A stretch of DNA of 64,000 nt, from contig OZ024744.1 of assembly GCA_964016885.1 (NCBI GenBank), positions 56,110,001 to 56,174,000 of the forward strand. The letters run 5' to 3'. The stretch is from Eledone cirrhosa. Its lineage: Eukaryota. This document shows positions 35,001-49,314 of this stretch, piece by piece; positions within the stretch are counted from its first letter, which is position 1; each line of letters starts with the position of its first letter. Under the pieces are notes generated by a model. That model was not told the DNA's origin. It did no database searches and saw only the letters and a list, made by a program, of their open reading frames with translations. The position numbers and the translations under genes are program-made.

Positions 35001-38000
35001 ACCACCACTACCATCATCACCACCACAACTGCCACTACCACCACAACCACCACTACCATCACCACCACAACCATCACTACCATCATCACCACCACAACCA
35101 CCACTACCACCACAACCACTACAACCACCACTACCATCAGCACAACCACAACCACCACTACCATCATCACCACCACTACCATCATCACCACTATCACCAC
35201 CACTACCATCATCACCACTATCACCACCACCACAACAACCACTACCACCACCACTATAACCCACACTACCATCATCACTACCACAAACACCACAACCATC
35301 ATCACCACCACAACCACCACTAACGTCATCACCACCACGACCACCACTACCATCATCACCACCACAACCACCACTACCATCATCACCACCACAACCACCA
35401 CTACCATGATCACTAACCCAACCATCACTACCATCATCATCACCACCACAACCACCACTATCATCATCACCACCACAACCATCATTACCATCACCACCAC
35501 CACAACCACCACTACCATCATCACCACCACAACCACCAAACCCCCACAACCACCGCTACCATCATCACCACCACAAACACCAGTACCACCACAAAAACAA
35601 CTACCACCACTACCATCATCACCACGACAACCATCACTACCGTCATCACCACCACTACCATCATCACCACCACAACCGCCACTACTATCATCACCACCAC
35701 AACCACCACTACCACGACAACCACCACTACCATCTTCACCACCACAACCATCACTACCATCATCACCACCAACAACCACCACTACCATCATCACCACCAC
35801 AACCACCACTACCACCACCACCACGACGACCACCACCACCATCACTACCATCATCACCACCACAAATGCCACTACCACCACAACCACCACTACCATCACC
35901 ACCACAACCACCACTACCATCATCACCACCACAACCACCACTACCATCGTCACCACCACAACCATCATTACCATCATCACAACTACAACCACCACAACCA
36001 CCACTACCACCACTACCATCATCACCACCACAACCACCACTACCATCATAACAACCACAACCACCACTACCATCATCACCACCACAACCATCACTACCAC
36101 CACCACCAGCAGCACTACCATCATCACCACCACAACCACCACTACCACCACAACCACCACTACCACCACAACCACCACTACCATCATCACCACCACAACC
36201 ATCACTACCATCATCACCACCACAACCACCACGACCACCACTACCATCATCACCACCAGAACAATCACTACCACCACAACCACCACTACCATCATCACCA
36301 CCCCAACCATCACCACCACCACAACCACCACTACAATCACCACCACAACCACCACTACCATCATCACCACCACAACCACCACTACCATCTTCACCACCAC
36401 AACCATCACTACCATCATCACCACCAACAACCACCACTACCATCATCACCACAACAACCACCACTACCACCACCACCACCACGACCACCACCACCATCAC
36501 TACCATCATCACCACCACAAATGCCACTACCACCACAACCACCACTACCATCACCACCACAACCACCACTACCATCCTCACCACCACAACCACCACTACC
36601 ATCGTCACAACCACAACCATCATTATCATCATCACAACCACAACCACCACTACCACCACTACCACCACTACCATCATCACCACCACAACCACCACTACCA
36701 TCATCACAATCACAACCATCACTACCACCACAACCACCACAACCACCACTACCATCATCACCACCACAACCACCACTACCATCATCACCACCACAACCAT
36801 CACTACCACCACCACCAGCAGCACTACCATCATCACCACCACAACCACCACTACCACCACAACCACCACTAGCATCATCACCACCACAACCACCACTACC
36901 ATCATAACCACCACTACCACCTCAACCATCATCACCACCACAACCACCACTACCACCACCACCACAACCACCACTACCATCATCACCACCACAACCACCA
37001 CTACCACCACAACCACCACTACATTCATCACCACCACAACCACCACTACCACCACAACCACCACTACCTTCATCACCACCACCACCACCACTACCACCAC
37101 CACCACCACCACCACTACCATCATCACCACCACAACCACCACTACCATCATCACCACCACAACTGCCACTACCACCACAACCACCACTACCATCACCACC
37201 ACAACCACCACTACCATCATCACCACCACAACCACCACTACCATGATCACTAACCCAACCATCACTACCATCATCATCACCACCACAACCACCACTATCA
37301 TCATCACCACCACAACCATCATTACCACCAAACCCCCACAACCACCGCTACCATCATCACCACCACAAACACCAGTACCACCACAAAAACAACTACCACC
37401 ACTACCATCATCACCACGACAACCATCACTACCCTCATCACCACCACTACCATCATCACCACCACAACCGCCACTACTATCATCACCACCACAACCACCA
37501 CTACCACGACAACCACCACTACCACCACTGCAATCATCACCTCCACAACCACCACTACCATCATCACCACCACTACCATCACTACCATCACCACCACCAC
37601 AACAACCACTACCACCACCACCACAACCACCACTACCATCATCACCACCACAACCACCACTACCACCACAACCACCACTACCATCATCACCACCACAACC
37701 ATCACTACCATCATCACCACCACAACCACCACAACTACCACTACCATCATCACCACTAGAACTATCACTACCACCACAACCACCACTACCATCATCACCA
37801 CCACAACCATCACCACCACCACAACCACCACTACAATCACCACCACAACCACCACTACCATCATCACAACCACAACCACCACTACCATCTTCACCACCAC
37901 AACCATCACTACCATCATCACCACCAACAACCACCACTACCATCATCACTACCACAACCACCACTACCACCACCACCACGACGACCACCACCACCATCAC

Positions 38001-39200
38001 TACCATCATCACCACCACAAATGCCACTACCACCACAACCACCACTACCATCACCACCACAACCACCACTACCATCATCACCACCACAACCACCACTACC
38101 ATTGTCACCACCACAACCATCATTACCATCATCACAACTACAACCACCACAACCACCACTACCACCACTACCATCATCACCACCACAACCACCACTACCA
38201 TCATCACAACCACAACCATCACTACCACCACAACCACCACAACCACCACTACCATCATCACAACAACAACCACCACTACCATCATCACCACCACAACCAT
38301 CACTACCACCACCACCAGCAGCACTACCATCATCACCACCACAACCACCACTACCACCACAACCACCACTACCACCACAACCACCACTACCATCATCACC
38401 ACCACAACCATCACTACCATCATTACCACCACAACCACCACAACCACCACTACCATCATCACCACCAGAACAATCACTACCACCACAACCACCACTACCA
38501 TCATCACCACCACAACCATCACCACCACCACAACCACCACAACCATCATCACCACCACAACCACCACTATCATCTTCACCACCACAACCATCACTACCAT
38601 CATCACCACCAACAACCACCACTACCATCATCACCACAACAACCACCACTACCACCACCACCACCACGACCACCACCACCATCACTACCATCATCACCAC
38701 CACAAATGCCACTACCACCACAACCACCACTACCATCACCACCACAACCACCACTACCATCATCACCACCACAACCACCACCACCACCACAACCACCACT
38801 ACCATCATCACTACCACAACCACCACTACCACCACCACCACAACCACCACTATCCTCATCACCACCACAACCACCACAACTAGCACTACCACCACAACCA
38901 CCACTACCATCATCACCACCACAACCACCACTACCATCATCACCACCACAACCACCACTACCATCATCACCACCATAACCATCACTACCACCACCACCAG
39001 CAGCACTACCATCATCACCACCACAACCACCACTACCACCACAACCACCACTAGCATCATCACCACCACAACCACCACTACCATCATAACCACCACTACC
39101 ACCTCAACCATCATCACCACCACAACCACCACTACCACCACCACCACAACCACCACTACCATCATCACCACCACAACCACCACTACCACCACAACCACCA
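29080..39200. repeat. Higher-order tandem duplication, period about 5.1 kb, with internal ~0.66-kb and ~2.2-kb sub-repeats
   Basis: ATGATCACTAACCC at 30293, 32130, 35406, 37243 (+5113). ATG of AAATGCCACT at 30753, 31408, 32953, 33638 and 35866, 36521, 38021, 38706 (+5113 or +5068). The ORF track shows twin ORFs (30293..31759 and 35406..36872). Confidence 0.9.
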
Positions 39201-42200
39201 CTACAATCATCACCACCACAACCACCACTAACACCACAACCACCACTACCTTCATCACAACCACAACCATCACTACCAACAACACCACAACCACAACTAC
39301 CATCATCACCACCTCAACCACCACTACCACCACAACCATCACTACCATCATCACGACCACTACCATCATCACCACCACAACTACCACTACTATCATCACC
39401 ACCACAACCACCACTACCACCACCACCACAACCACCACTGCCACCACCACCACAACCACCACTACCACCACAACCACCACTACCATCATCACCACCACAA
39501 CCACCACTACAATCATCACCACCACAACCACCACTACCACCACAACCACCACTACCATCATCACCACCACAACCATCACTACCACCAACACCACAACCAC
39601 AACTACCATCATCACCACCTCAACCACCACTACCACCACAACCATCACTACCATCATCACGACCACTACCATCATCACCACCACAACTACCACTACTATC
39701 ATCACCACCACAACCACCACTAACATCATCACCACCACAACCACCACTACCACCACCACCACAACCACCACTACCATCATCACTACCACAACCACCACTA
39801 CCACCACCACCACAACCACCACTATCCTCATCACCACCACAACCACCACAACTACCACTACCACCACAACCACCACTACCATCATCACCACCACAACCAC
39901 CACTACCATCAACACCAGCACAACCACCACTACCATCATCACCACCACAACCACCACTACCATCATCACCACGACAACCATCACTACCATCATCACCACC
40001 ACAACCACCACTACCATCATCACCACCACAACCATCACTACCATCATCACCTCCACAACCACCACTACCATCATCACCACGAAAACCATCACTACCATCA
40101 TCACCACCACAACCACCACTACCATCGTCACCAACACAACCACCACTACCATCATCACCACCACAACCACCACTACCATCATCACCACCACAACCACCAC
40201 TACCACCACCACCACAACCACCACTACCATCATCACCACCACAACCACCACTACCATCATCACCACCACAACCACAACTACCATCATCACCACCACAACT
40301 AGCTCTACCAACACAACCACCACTACCACCACAACCACAACTACCATCATCACCACCACAACCACCACTACAATCATCACCACCACAACAACCACTACCA
40401 TCATCACCACCACAACCACCACTACCACCACAACCACCACTACCATCTTCACCACCAAAACCATGACTACCATCATCACCACCACAACCACCACAACCAC
40501 CACAACCACCACTACCATCATCACTACAATCATCACCACCACAACCACCACTACCATCATCACCACGACAACCATCACTACCATCATCACCACCACAACC
40601 ACCACTACCATCGTCACCACCACAACCACCACTACCATCATCACCACCACAACCACCACTACCATCATCACCACCACAACCACCACTACCATCATCACCA
40701 CAACCTCCACTACCATCGTCACCACCACAACCACCACTACCATCATCACCACCACAACCACCACTACCATCATCACCACCACAACCACCACTACCATCAT
40801 CACCACCACAACCACCACCACCATCATCACCACCACAACCACCACTACCACCACCACCACCACCACAACCATCATCCCCACCAAAACCACCACCACCATC
40901 ATCACCACCACAACCACTACTACCACCACCACCACAACCACCACAACCATCATCACCACCACAACCAACACTACCATCACCACCACAACCACCACTACCA
41001 TCATCGCCACCACAACCACCACTACCATCATCACCACCACAACTAGCACTACCACCACCACCACAACCACCACTACCATCATCACCACCACAACCACCAC
41101 TACCACCACAACCACCTCTACCATCATCACCACCACAACCACCACAACCATCACCACCACCACCAGCACCACTACCATCATCACCATCACAACCACCACT
41201 ACCATCATCACTACCACAACCACGACAACCATTATCACCACCACAACCACCACTACCACCACAACCATCACTACCATCATCACCACCATAACCACCACAA
41301 CCATCACCACCACTACCAGCACAACTACCATCATCACCACCACAACCACCACTACCATCATCACCACCACAACCATCACTACCATCATCAGCACCACAAC
41401 CACCACTACCATCACAACCACCACTACCATCATCACCACCACAACCACCACTACCACCACCACCACAACCACCACTACCATCATCACCACCACAACCATC
41501 ACTACCATCATCAACACCACAACCATCACTACCACCACAACCACCTCTACCATCATCACCACCACAACCACCACAACCATCACCACCACCACCAGCACCA
41601 CTACCATCATCACCATCACAACCACCACTACCATCATCACTACCACAACCACGACAACCATTATCACCACCACAACCACCACTACCACCACAACCATCAC
41701 TACCATCATCACCACCATAACCACCACAACCATCACCACCACTACCAGCACAACTACCATCATCACCACCACAACCACCACTACCATCATCACCACCACA
41801 ACCATCACTACCATCATCAGCACCACAACCACCACTACCATCACAACCACCACTACCATCATCACCACCACAACCACCACTACCACCACCACCACAACCA
41901 CCACTACCATCATCACCACCACAACCATCACTACCATCATCAACACCACAACCATCACTATCATCATCACCACCACAACCACCACTACCATCACAACCAC
42001 CACTACCATCATCACCACCACAACCACCACTACCACCACCACCACAACCACCACTACCATCATCACCACCACAACCACCACTACCATCATCACCACCACA
42101 AACACAACTACCACCACAACCACCACAACCATCACCACCACCACAACCATCACAACCATCATCACCACCACAACCACCTCTACCATCATCACCACCACAA

Positions 42201-43790
42201 CCACCACTACCATCATCACCACCATAGCCACCACTACCACCACCACCACAACAACCACTACCACCACCACTACAACCACCACTACCATCATCACCACCAC
42301 AACCACCACTACCATCATCACCACCATAGCCACCACTACCACCACCACCACAACAACCACTACCACCACCACTACAACCACCACTACCATCATCACCACC
42401 ACAACCACCACTACCATCATCACCACCACAACCATCACTACCATCGTCACCACCACAACCACCACTACCATCATCACCACCACAACCACGACTACCATCA
42501 TCACCACCACCACCACCACCACTACCATCATCACCACCACAACCACCACTACCATCATCACCACCACAACAACCACTACCACCACTACCACTACAACCAC
42601 CACTACCATCATCACCACCACAACCATCACTACCACCACCACCACAACCACAACTAACTTCATCACCACCACAACCACCACTACCACCACAACCATCAAT
42701 ACCATCATCACGACCACTACCATCATCACCACCACAACCACCACTACCACAACCACCACAACGACCACTACCACCACAACCACCACTACCATCATCACTA
42801 CTGCAACCATCACTACCATCATCACCACCACAACCACCACTACCATCAACACCACCACAACCACCACTACCATCACCACCACAACCACCACTACCATCAT
42901 CACCAACACAACCACCACTACCATCGTCACCACCACAACCATCATTACCATCATCACCACCACAACCACCACCACCACCACAACCACCACTATCATCATC
43001 ACCACCACAACTACCCTACCATCATCACCACCACAACCACCACTACCATCATCACCACCACAACCACCACTACCATCATCACCACCACAACCACCAGTAC
43101 CATCATCACCACCACAATCACCACTACCACCACAACCACCACTACCATCATCACCTCCACAACCACCGTTATCACCACCACCACAACCACCACTACCATC
43201 ATCACCACCACAACCACCACTATCACCACCACAACCATCACTACCATCATCACCACCACAACCACCACTACCACCACCACCACAACCACCACTACCATCA
43301 TCACCACCACCACCACCACTACCACCACCACCACAATCACCACTACCACCATAACCACCACTACCATCATCACCTCCACAACCACCGTTATCACCACCAC
43401 CACAACCACCACTACCATCATCACCACCACAACCACCACTATCACCACCACCACAACCATCACTACCATCATCACCACCACAACCACCACTACCACCACC
43501 ACCACAACCACCACTACCATCATCACCACCACCACCACCACTACCACCACCACCACAATCATCACTACCATCATCACCACCACAACCACCACTACCACCA
43601 CTTCCACCACTTCCACAACCACCACTACATTCATCACCACCACAACCACCACTACCACCACCACCACAACCACCACCACCACAACCACCACTACCATCAT
43701 CACCACCACAACCACCACTACCACCACCACGACCATCATCACCACCACCACCACTACCACCACCACCACCACCACCACCACCAGCACCAC

Positions 43791-43967
43791 CATTTCTCAT
43801 TCCTTCTCACTCTCTCTCTCTTTCCCTCTTTCTTTCTCTTTTTCCCTTCCTCTCTCTCTCTTTCTTTCACTCACTTTCCCATCTCTCTCATTCTACTTCC
43901 CTCTCTTCCACTCTTTCCTCTATCATTTCCTTTCTCCCATTCTCCTGCCCTCTCTCTCTCTCTATCT
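43791..43967. repeat. Degenerate (TC)n polypyrimidine tract bordering the satellite
   Basis: About 175 bp that are almost entirely C/T, ending in ctctctctctctatct. Confidence 0.9.
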
Positions 43968-44130
43968 GTGTTACCCATATAAACTGTCTCCCTCTATTGG
44001 GGAAAATCGACTAACTTTTAAATTCCATCTGTGATAACATTTTACACGTTTTTATTGTATGTAAACTTCCCCCTTTGTATTTGTCCCCTTCTTTTGTGCC
44101 CCTGTGGCTAATAAAGAAATATATCTATCT
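43968..44130 (+). mobile_element. 5'-truncated 3'UTR fragment of an L1/Tx1-like LINE (copy 1)
   Basis: Near-identical to 49380-49548 and homologous to the 3'UTR at about 49150-49314. Ends in ccttcttttgtgcccctgtggctAATAAAgaaatatatctatct. Confidence 0.85.
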
Positions 44131-44132
44131 AG

Positions 44133-44869
44133 AAAACGGTAAGCTACACTCCGGTAGATATTTCAAATGCAAATGAGCTTTTGAATAACGCCAGACACTA
44201 CATAACTTTTGGGGAGAACGGATCATTCTCCATAAACTCGCCCCCAGATTTCCGAAGAGAAGCTGCCTTGAAAACTGTGGTTTTCAGGACAGTCTCAAAC
44301 AAAACCCGAAAACCGACACAACTTTCACAAGGCGAAATTGAGTTGGTTTTAGAAGATGCCTTAAAAGACATTTCTTTCATTCAGAAGGGTAGACTCTACG
44401 GGAGTTTATCCATTCTGATGAAAGACCAACTGACGGCACAGAAATATTCTGTGTCGCCAATTGTGTCACCGTTGTTCACCTTTTTCCCCACTTACATGGG
44501 GAAAAGAATGCAGAAAATAAAAATCCAAAGTATCACACCAAATATTGATATTTGGTGGGTACTATGTGGATCTTTAAACCTAGAAAAAGACAAAAGAATA
44601 TCGGTAGGTAAGTCCTCCGGCGACCTGTTCAGCGGAACTAGCCGGGATGTTCTGGTCCAAATGACACCAGAACGAATAGCTAGGATCCCGGAACGTGTGC
44701 TGCTGGATGGGCTTATATACATAGACAGTTCGGTCGAGGGTAGGCGGCCCTCATGTTACCACTGCCTAAGCAGGAGTCACCTGAGAGCTTCCTGTCCTCG
44801 GCTAACTAGCCAAAAGAAGGCATTACTGCTAACACCTGCAACACCAGCACAACAATCACCACCACCACC

Positions 44870-44905
<36 letters not shown>

Positions 44906-45642
44906 TAAAAAAATAGTGACAACAAAACAAACGACACACAGTCCCACCCAACCCCTCCCCACTTAAAACAACTCCAGAAATACCCACACACATAACAGCT
45001 ACCCAAAATGTACCCCTCCCCAAAAACACGGATGAGGCCTCATCATCGTCACCCAGTGATGATGAGAGTCTTTCCGACCAGTAAAAAGAAAAAAAGAAAA
45101 AACATAACACAAACAAAAATGCAACAAACACACAAACACCAATAGAAGCGACGCAAACAGCACAAACAAAAACACCCCCTCCTGAAAACAAAAGACCTAC
45201 TACAAAACATAAACACACACAAGAACCACAGAAAATAAGATAGACAACACAACAAAACTGTTACACCTACATAAATACTAACAATAAAACTTTAACAGAC
45301 ACCATATATAAAAACCCTTCGGTGGAAACCGAAGGGAAAAATTTTACACACTCTTGGGAGAATCCTAATCTTAAAATGATTAGGATCTCCATGGACACAC
45401 ATAAACAGTTAAAAGAAAAATTTCCTAACGACGTAGGTAACCCCTGCGTCAAACCCTATAACCACGTCCTTTTGAAATGTTTCCCCACCCCCACCCCCAG
45501 ACACCTCCCACCCCACCTGACACCCCCTCCCCACCAAACATCTCCGTCCCCACCCCGCCAGAGACCCCCCCCCCCACCAAACAACCCCTACAACACCCCC
45601 ATGGAAATTGTGCAGCCTGGTCCCCAGGAGACGAAGAGGTGA
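44133..45642 (+). pseudogene. LINE ORF1 (gag-like, zinc knuckle), disrupted
   Basis: CYHCLSRSHLRASC matches CX2CX4HX4C and is followed by a low-complexity P/Q/T/K tail. The frame is open back to the 5' junction, so the element is 5'-truncated. Frameshift near 44960, stops at 45082 and 45241, terminal TGA at 45640-45642. Confidence 0.8.
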
Positions 45643-45682
45643 GTGATTTCTTTTCCTCTTCTTTTAACTTTTCAGCACCAAC

Positions 45683-48600
45683 ATGGCCAATATAAGAGTT
45701 GGATGTGTCAATGTACGTGGCCTGGGGATGCCCTGGAAACAGGGCAAACTCTTAAATGACCTCAGGTCGTACAGTATTGATGTAGTAGCCATTTGCGAGT
45801 CCAGGATCCACAGCAAGCGACAACTGGCCCACATCTTCGACGACTTTGCGGTCTACTAATCTCTCTGTCCGGGAGGTGGGGGTGGGGTTGCCGTTTTGCT
45901 GCGGAAACACCTGGACCTCGTAACACAGACTGTACATCTGGACCCGGGGGGTCGACTGGTGGACCTAGACGTTGACGGTAGTGAAGGTGGAGCCTTCAGG
46001 CTGGTGGCCGCATATGCCCCATCCGGGACACTGCGGCCAGACTTCAAATGTCTAGAGACTTTTCTGCGAACGTCCCACTCCCCGCTGTTAGTGGGGGACT
46101 GGAATGGAATCTTAGATGCACGTTGGGACTATGTGGGAGCATGTCCCGATAGAGGGGTGTAACAGCCTCAAACAGTTAATCGGCCAATTTGACCTGGCCG
46201 ATAGATATCGACTAGATTTTCCGACTGTGCCACTGTGGACGTGGACTAATCGCAGTGGAACATCTAGATCGTACCTAGATAGGGTTCTAGTTAGAAAGAA
46301 GGATAGGGACATGTTAAGCTGTCCACAAATGTTCATGGTTGCCTATTCAGATCACAAATTAGTGACCTGCTTAGTCAACCTTGACAAAACCCATAGACAG
46401 GGACCCGGTTACTGGAAGCTGAACTTACAGACATGCAAAGCCTCTAGTAGACGGATTAGCACTTTAGTTAAGCAGCACTTGACGGGGGCCATTGTCAACA
46501 ACAGATGGTGGTACTCTCTCACGAGGGCAGTTAGATTAGACTCGATAGGTTTTAGTAACGAATTAGTGTTAAATAGAAATAAGACCGAAAAGGAACTGGT
46601 AGATGAGGCACTTAGGAGTGGCAACGTAGCCAGCGTGCTAGCGATGAGAACGACCTTGGACCAGTTCTTTGACGCAAAGCATGAAGGCTGCGTTGTCAGA
46701 AGCAAAATACGTGCTCTGGGAAACGAGGGAGCCAAAGCTGTTAGCTGGGCCCGAGTGACGGAGGCGAAAAGTGGCAACAAGTCCACGTTTCGGTCTTTAA
46801 AGGACGCGTGATAAGTGAGCCGAAGCAGATGTGCGCGACCTTTCAGTGGCACTTTGCTCAACTGTTCAGGCAGGGAGGCGCGCCGTGAGGGGCTATGGAT
46901 TTTGGTCCATACCTCGACGGCCTACTGCGACTCTCGGACAGCAACGTGAAGTTCTGCGAAAGGCCAATTTCGGCCACTGAGATAGGGGACGCGCTGAGCC
47001 AATGCAGCAAGCGCAAATCTTCAGGTCTCGATGGTCTACCCTACGAATTTTACGTAGCAATGTCGGACTTGTTCTCCGGTCTCCTGGAAGCCATCTACTG
47101 CAACTGGCAGCAGAACGGGAGAATTCCCAGTTCTGTGACCAAGGGCGTAGTCACGTTAATCAGGAAGGACGAGAACAAGGGGGATGACATAGGCAACTTC
47201 CGGCCCATAACTCTGCTCAACACAGAGTTACAGATTTTGGCCATAGTGTTGGCAAAGAGGCTGGCGCTTGTCGTCGAAAACCTGGTGGGAGAAGCGCAGA
47301 CATGTGCAATCCCGACCAGGTCCATACACGACAACCTTCACCTCATGCGATACATCATAGAGAGGGTAGGGTGTAAACCCGGCTTTGGTGGGGCCCTGAT
47401 CAACTTGGATCAGTCTAAAGCTTTCGATAGGGTTGACCATCGTTACCTGGATGCGGTGCTCGAGGCGACAGGCTTCGGACCCGTGTTCAGGGGCTGGATT
47501 GCTGCAATGCACAACAGCAACAACTGCTCAAGGGTTAAGGTGAACGGCTACCTCTCGGATCTGTTCCATATCACGTGATCCATCCGACAGGGATGCCCCT
47601 TCTGTACATACTGACTCTCGAGCCACTACTGCGGAAGTTGGAGCTGTTGCAGAGCATCCCTTTGGAACCGGGACTGCGAAAAGCAGTGTCGGCCTACGCC
47701 GAGAACGTGACAGTAATGGTGTCGAGCACCTCGCAAATCGGGGAGATCGGCACCTTACTGGAGGAATACAAAAGTTTCACAGGAGCGAAGCTGAACCAGG
47801 ACAAATCCGTCAGTTTGCAACTCGGAACGTGGAGAGGCAAACCGATGCCTTCCGATGGCGTCGTCAGACGCTGGACGGAAGGACCGGTAAAGCTGCTCAG
47901 GGTCTAGTTTGGTCCGGACCTCCAGGTGGAGAAGAACTGGAACGAGGTGACGGCCAAGGTGTTTGCACTCACCCAGAAGTGGGCCGAGTGCAAACTCTCC
48001 TTGAAAGGTCGAGCGGAGGTGGCGAACACCTTTATAGCGTACGTCATCTACTACCGCTTGACCATCGTGCCTTGTCCAGCCAAAACGCTCACAAAAATGG
48101 AGCGCGCGCTCTTCCAATTCCTTTGGGAGAAATGGGCTCCTTTGGTGAGAAGATCCATCTGCTGCCAACACCCTTCAAACGGAGGGCTGGGGATGCTGTG
48201 GCTGATGATGCGCAAACCCACGCTCAGGCTGCAGCACCTCCACGTATTCTTCACCAGACAACTGGTGTGGGCCCCGTTCGTGAGGCGAGCCTTCCCACAA
48301 CTCGTCTCGCTGACTGAGCTGCAGTCCTGGGTCAAGCAAAGACCGAGGAAAATGGGTGACTGGTACATCGAATGTGCTCAGGCGCTCACAGTCCTCTGGC
48401 AAACGGACCCGGCGATCAGTGGAGACTCCACTTCGACATTCTATAGAGGGTTGGTCCACAGCAAGTGCGACGACACGCTCGGAGAAACTCTAGGCATAGA
48501 GGAGGACGAACTGGCCAGTCTGTTCGGTAGGACCTTCCGCCCAGGACCAATGGACAACTTCCAAAAGTCCCTGGCCTGGCAGTGTTACCGAGGAGCTCTA

Positions 48601-49081
48601 CCAGTTCGAGACAAACACTACAAACACGGGCGCCCGGGTAGGGACCCTTCGAAAAAGATCTGTCCGAGATGCGTGCGCGACGAGGAAACCGTCGCACATG
48701 CATTTGTACACTGCCCGGGTGTTACCGACCTGTGGGGTTATGTAGAACGACTATTGTCGTGGGTGGGACCAATCCAGTTGACCACCGAGTCCATTGTCAT
48801 GATCAAACCGCCACCCTCTTTCAAAAACGAGGGAGAGGCGGTTTTCCTATGTGTTATGGCTATGGTGAAAGAGGTTATATGGTGGACGAGGTTAAAAGGG
48901 CTGAGGTCAGACACCTTTCTCTCCGGCGAGGAACTAACTGATTCGTTTTTTCCAATATCATTTTGGAAGAAGAATCAGGATGGAGAGAGAGGTGCTGTAC
49001 CCCAGCAAATTTTATAAAAGGTGGGTGAATGTGGTAAAGATGGCCCAAGTGGTTGGGCCTTCTCTCTATATAAGCCTGTAG
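45683..49081 (+). pseudogene. LINE ORF2 (APE endonuclease + reverse transcriptase + C-terminal Zn motif), disrupted
   Basis: Starts at ATG 45683 with MANIRVGCVNVRGL. APE motifs GVAVL, GDWN, YLDR, SDH. RT motifs KSSGLDGLPYEFY, NFRPITLLN, DQSKAFDRVDH, IRQGCP, and YADD decayed to YAEN (47695-47706). C-terminal CPRC...HAFVHC. Several stops and frameshifts (45857, ~46155, 46809, ~47580, 47905, ~48950-49015). Confidence 0.93.
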
Positions 49082-49314
49082 GTTGAGGAAAGAGAGGAAG
49101 AGAGTACTCACTCTTGGTGCTCCTGGAGATGAGGGTTGTACATTTTTCGGGGTGTGTACAACCCCTGTGTAACACCTCCCCTCTATTGGGGATATCAATT
49201 GTTATTTGTTATTTTATTAATAGTTTTATTTTCATATACATGTATGTAAACTCCCCATTTGTATTTGACCCCTTCTTTTGTGCCCTTGTGGCTAATAAAT
49301 AAATTTATCTATCT

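Larger units (their letters stand above)
1..43790. repeat. Giant triplet-phased satellite array; consensus 27-bp monomer ACCACCACAACCACCACTACCATCATC; extends beyond the window start
   Basis: Continuous ACC/ACA/ACT/ATC triplets with almost no G on the + strand. The monomer translates as TTTTTTTII, PPQPPLPSS or HHNHHYHHH on +, and GGCGGDDGS or V/M runs on -. The array ends in near-pure (ACC)n at about 43741-43790. Confidence 0.97.
44131..49314 (+). mobile_element. Decayed near-full-length non-LTR retrotransposon, L1/Tx1-like
   Basis: Gag-like ORF1 with a CCHC knuckle; ORF2 with APE endonuclease, RT and a C-terminal Cys/His motif; short 3'UTR with AATAAA at 49294. Confidence 0.93.

Noticed and set aside
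1-43790. CRISPR array or telomeric repeat
   Set aside because: There are no unique spacers between constant repeats, no cas genes, and no TTAGGG/TTAGG-type unit.
1390-43800. Gly/Cys/Asp-rich (loricrin- or keratin-associated-like), Pro-rich (extensin-like) and His-rich ORFs
   Set aside because: These are alternative frames of the same 27-mer. The Gly and Pro frames hit recurring stops, and the ORFs switch composition at indels. The ATG at 43800 on the array edge changes phase after about 260 codons.
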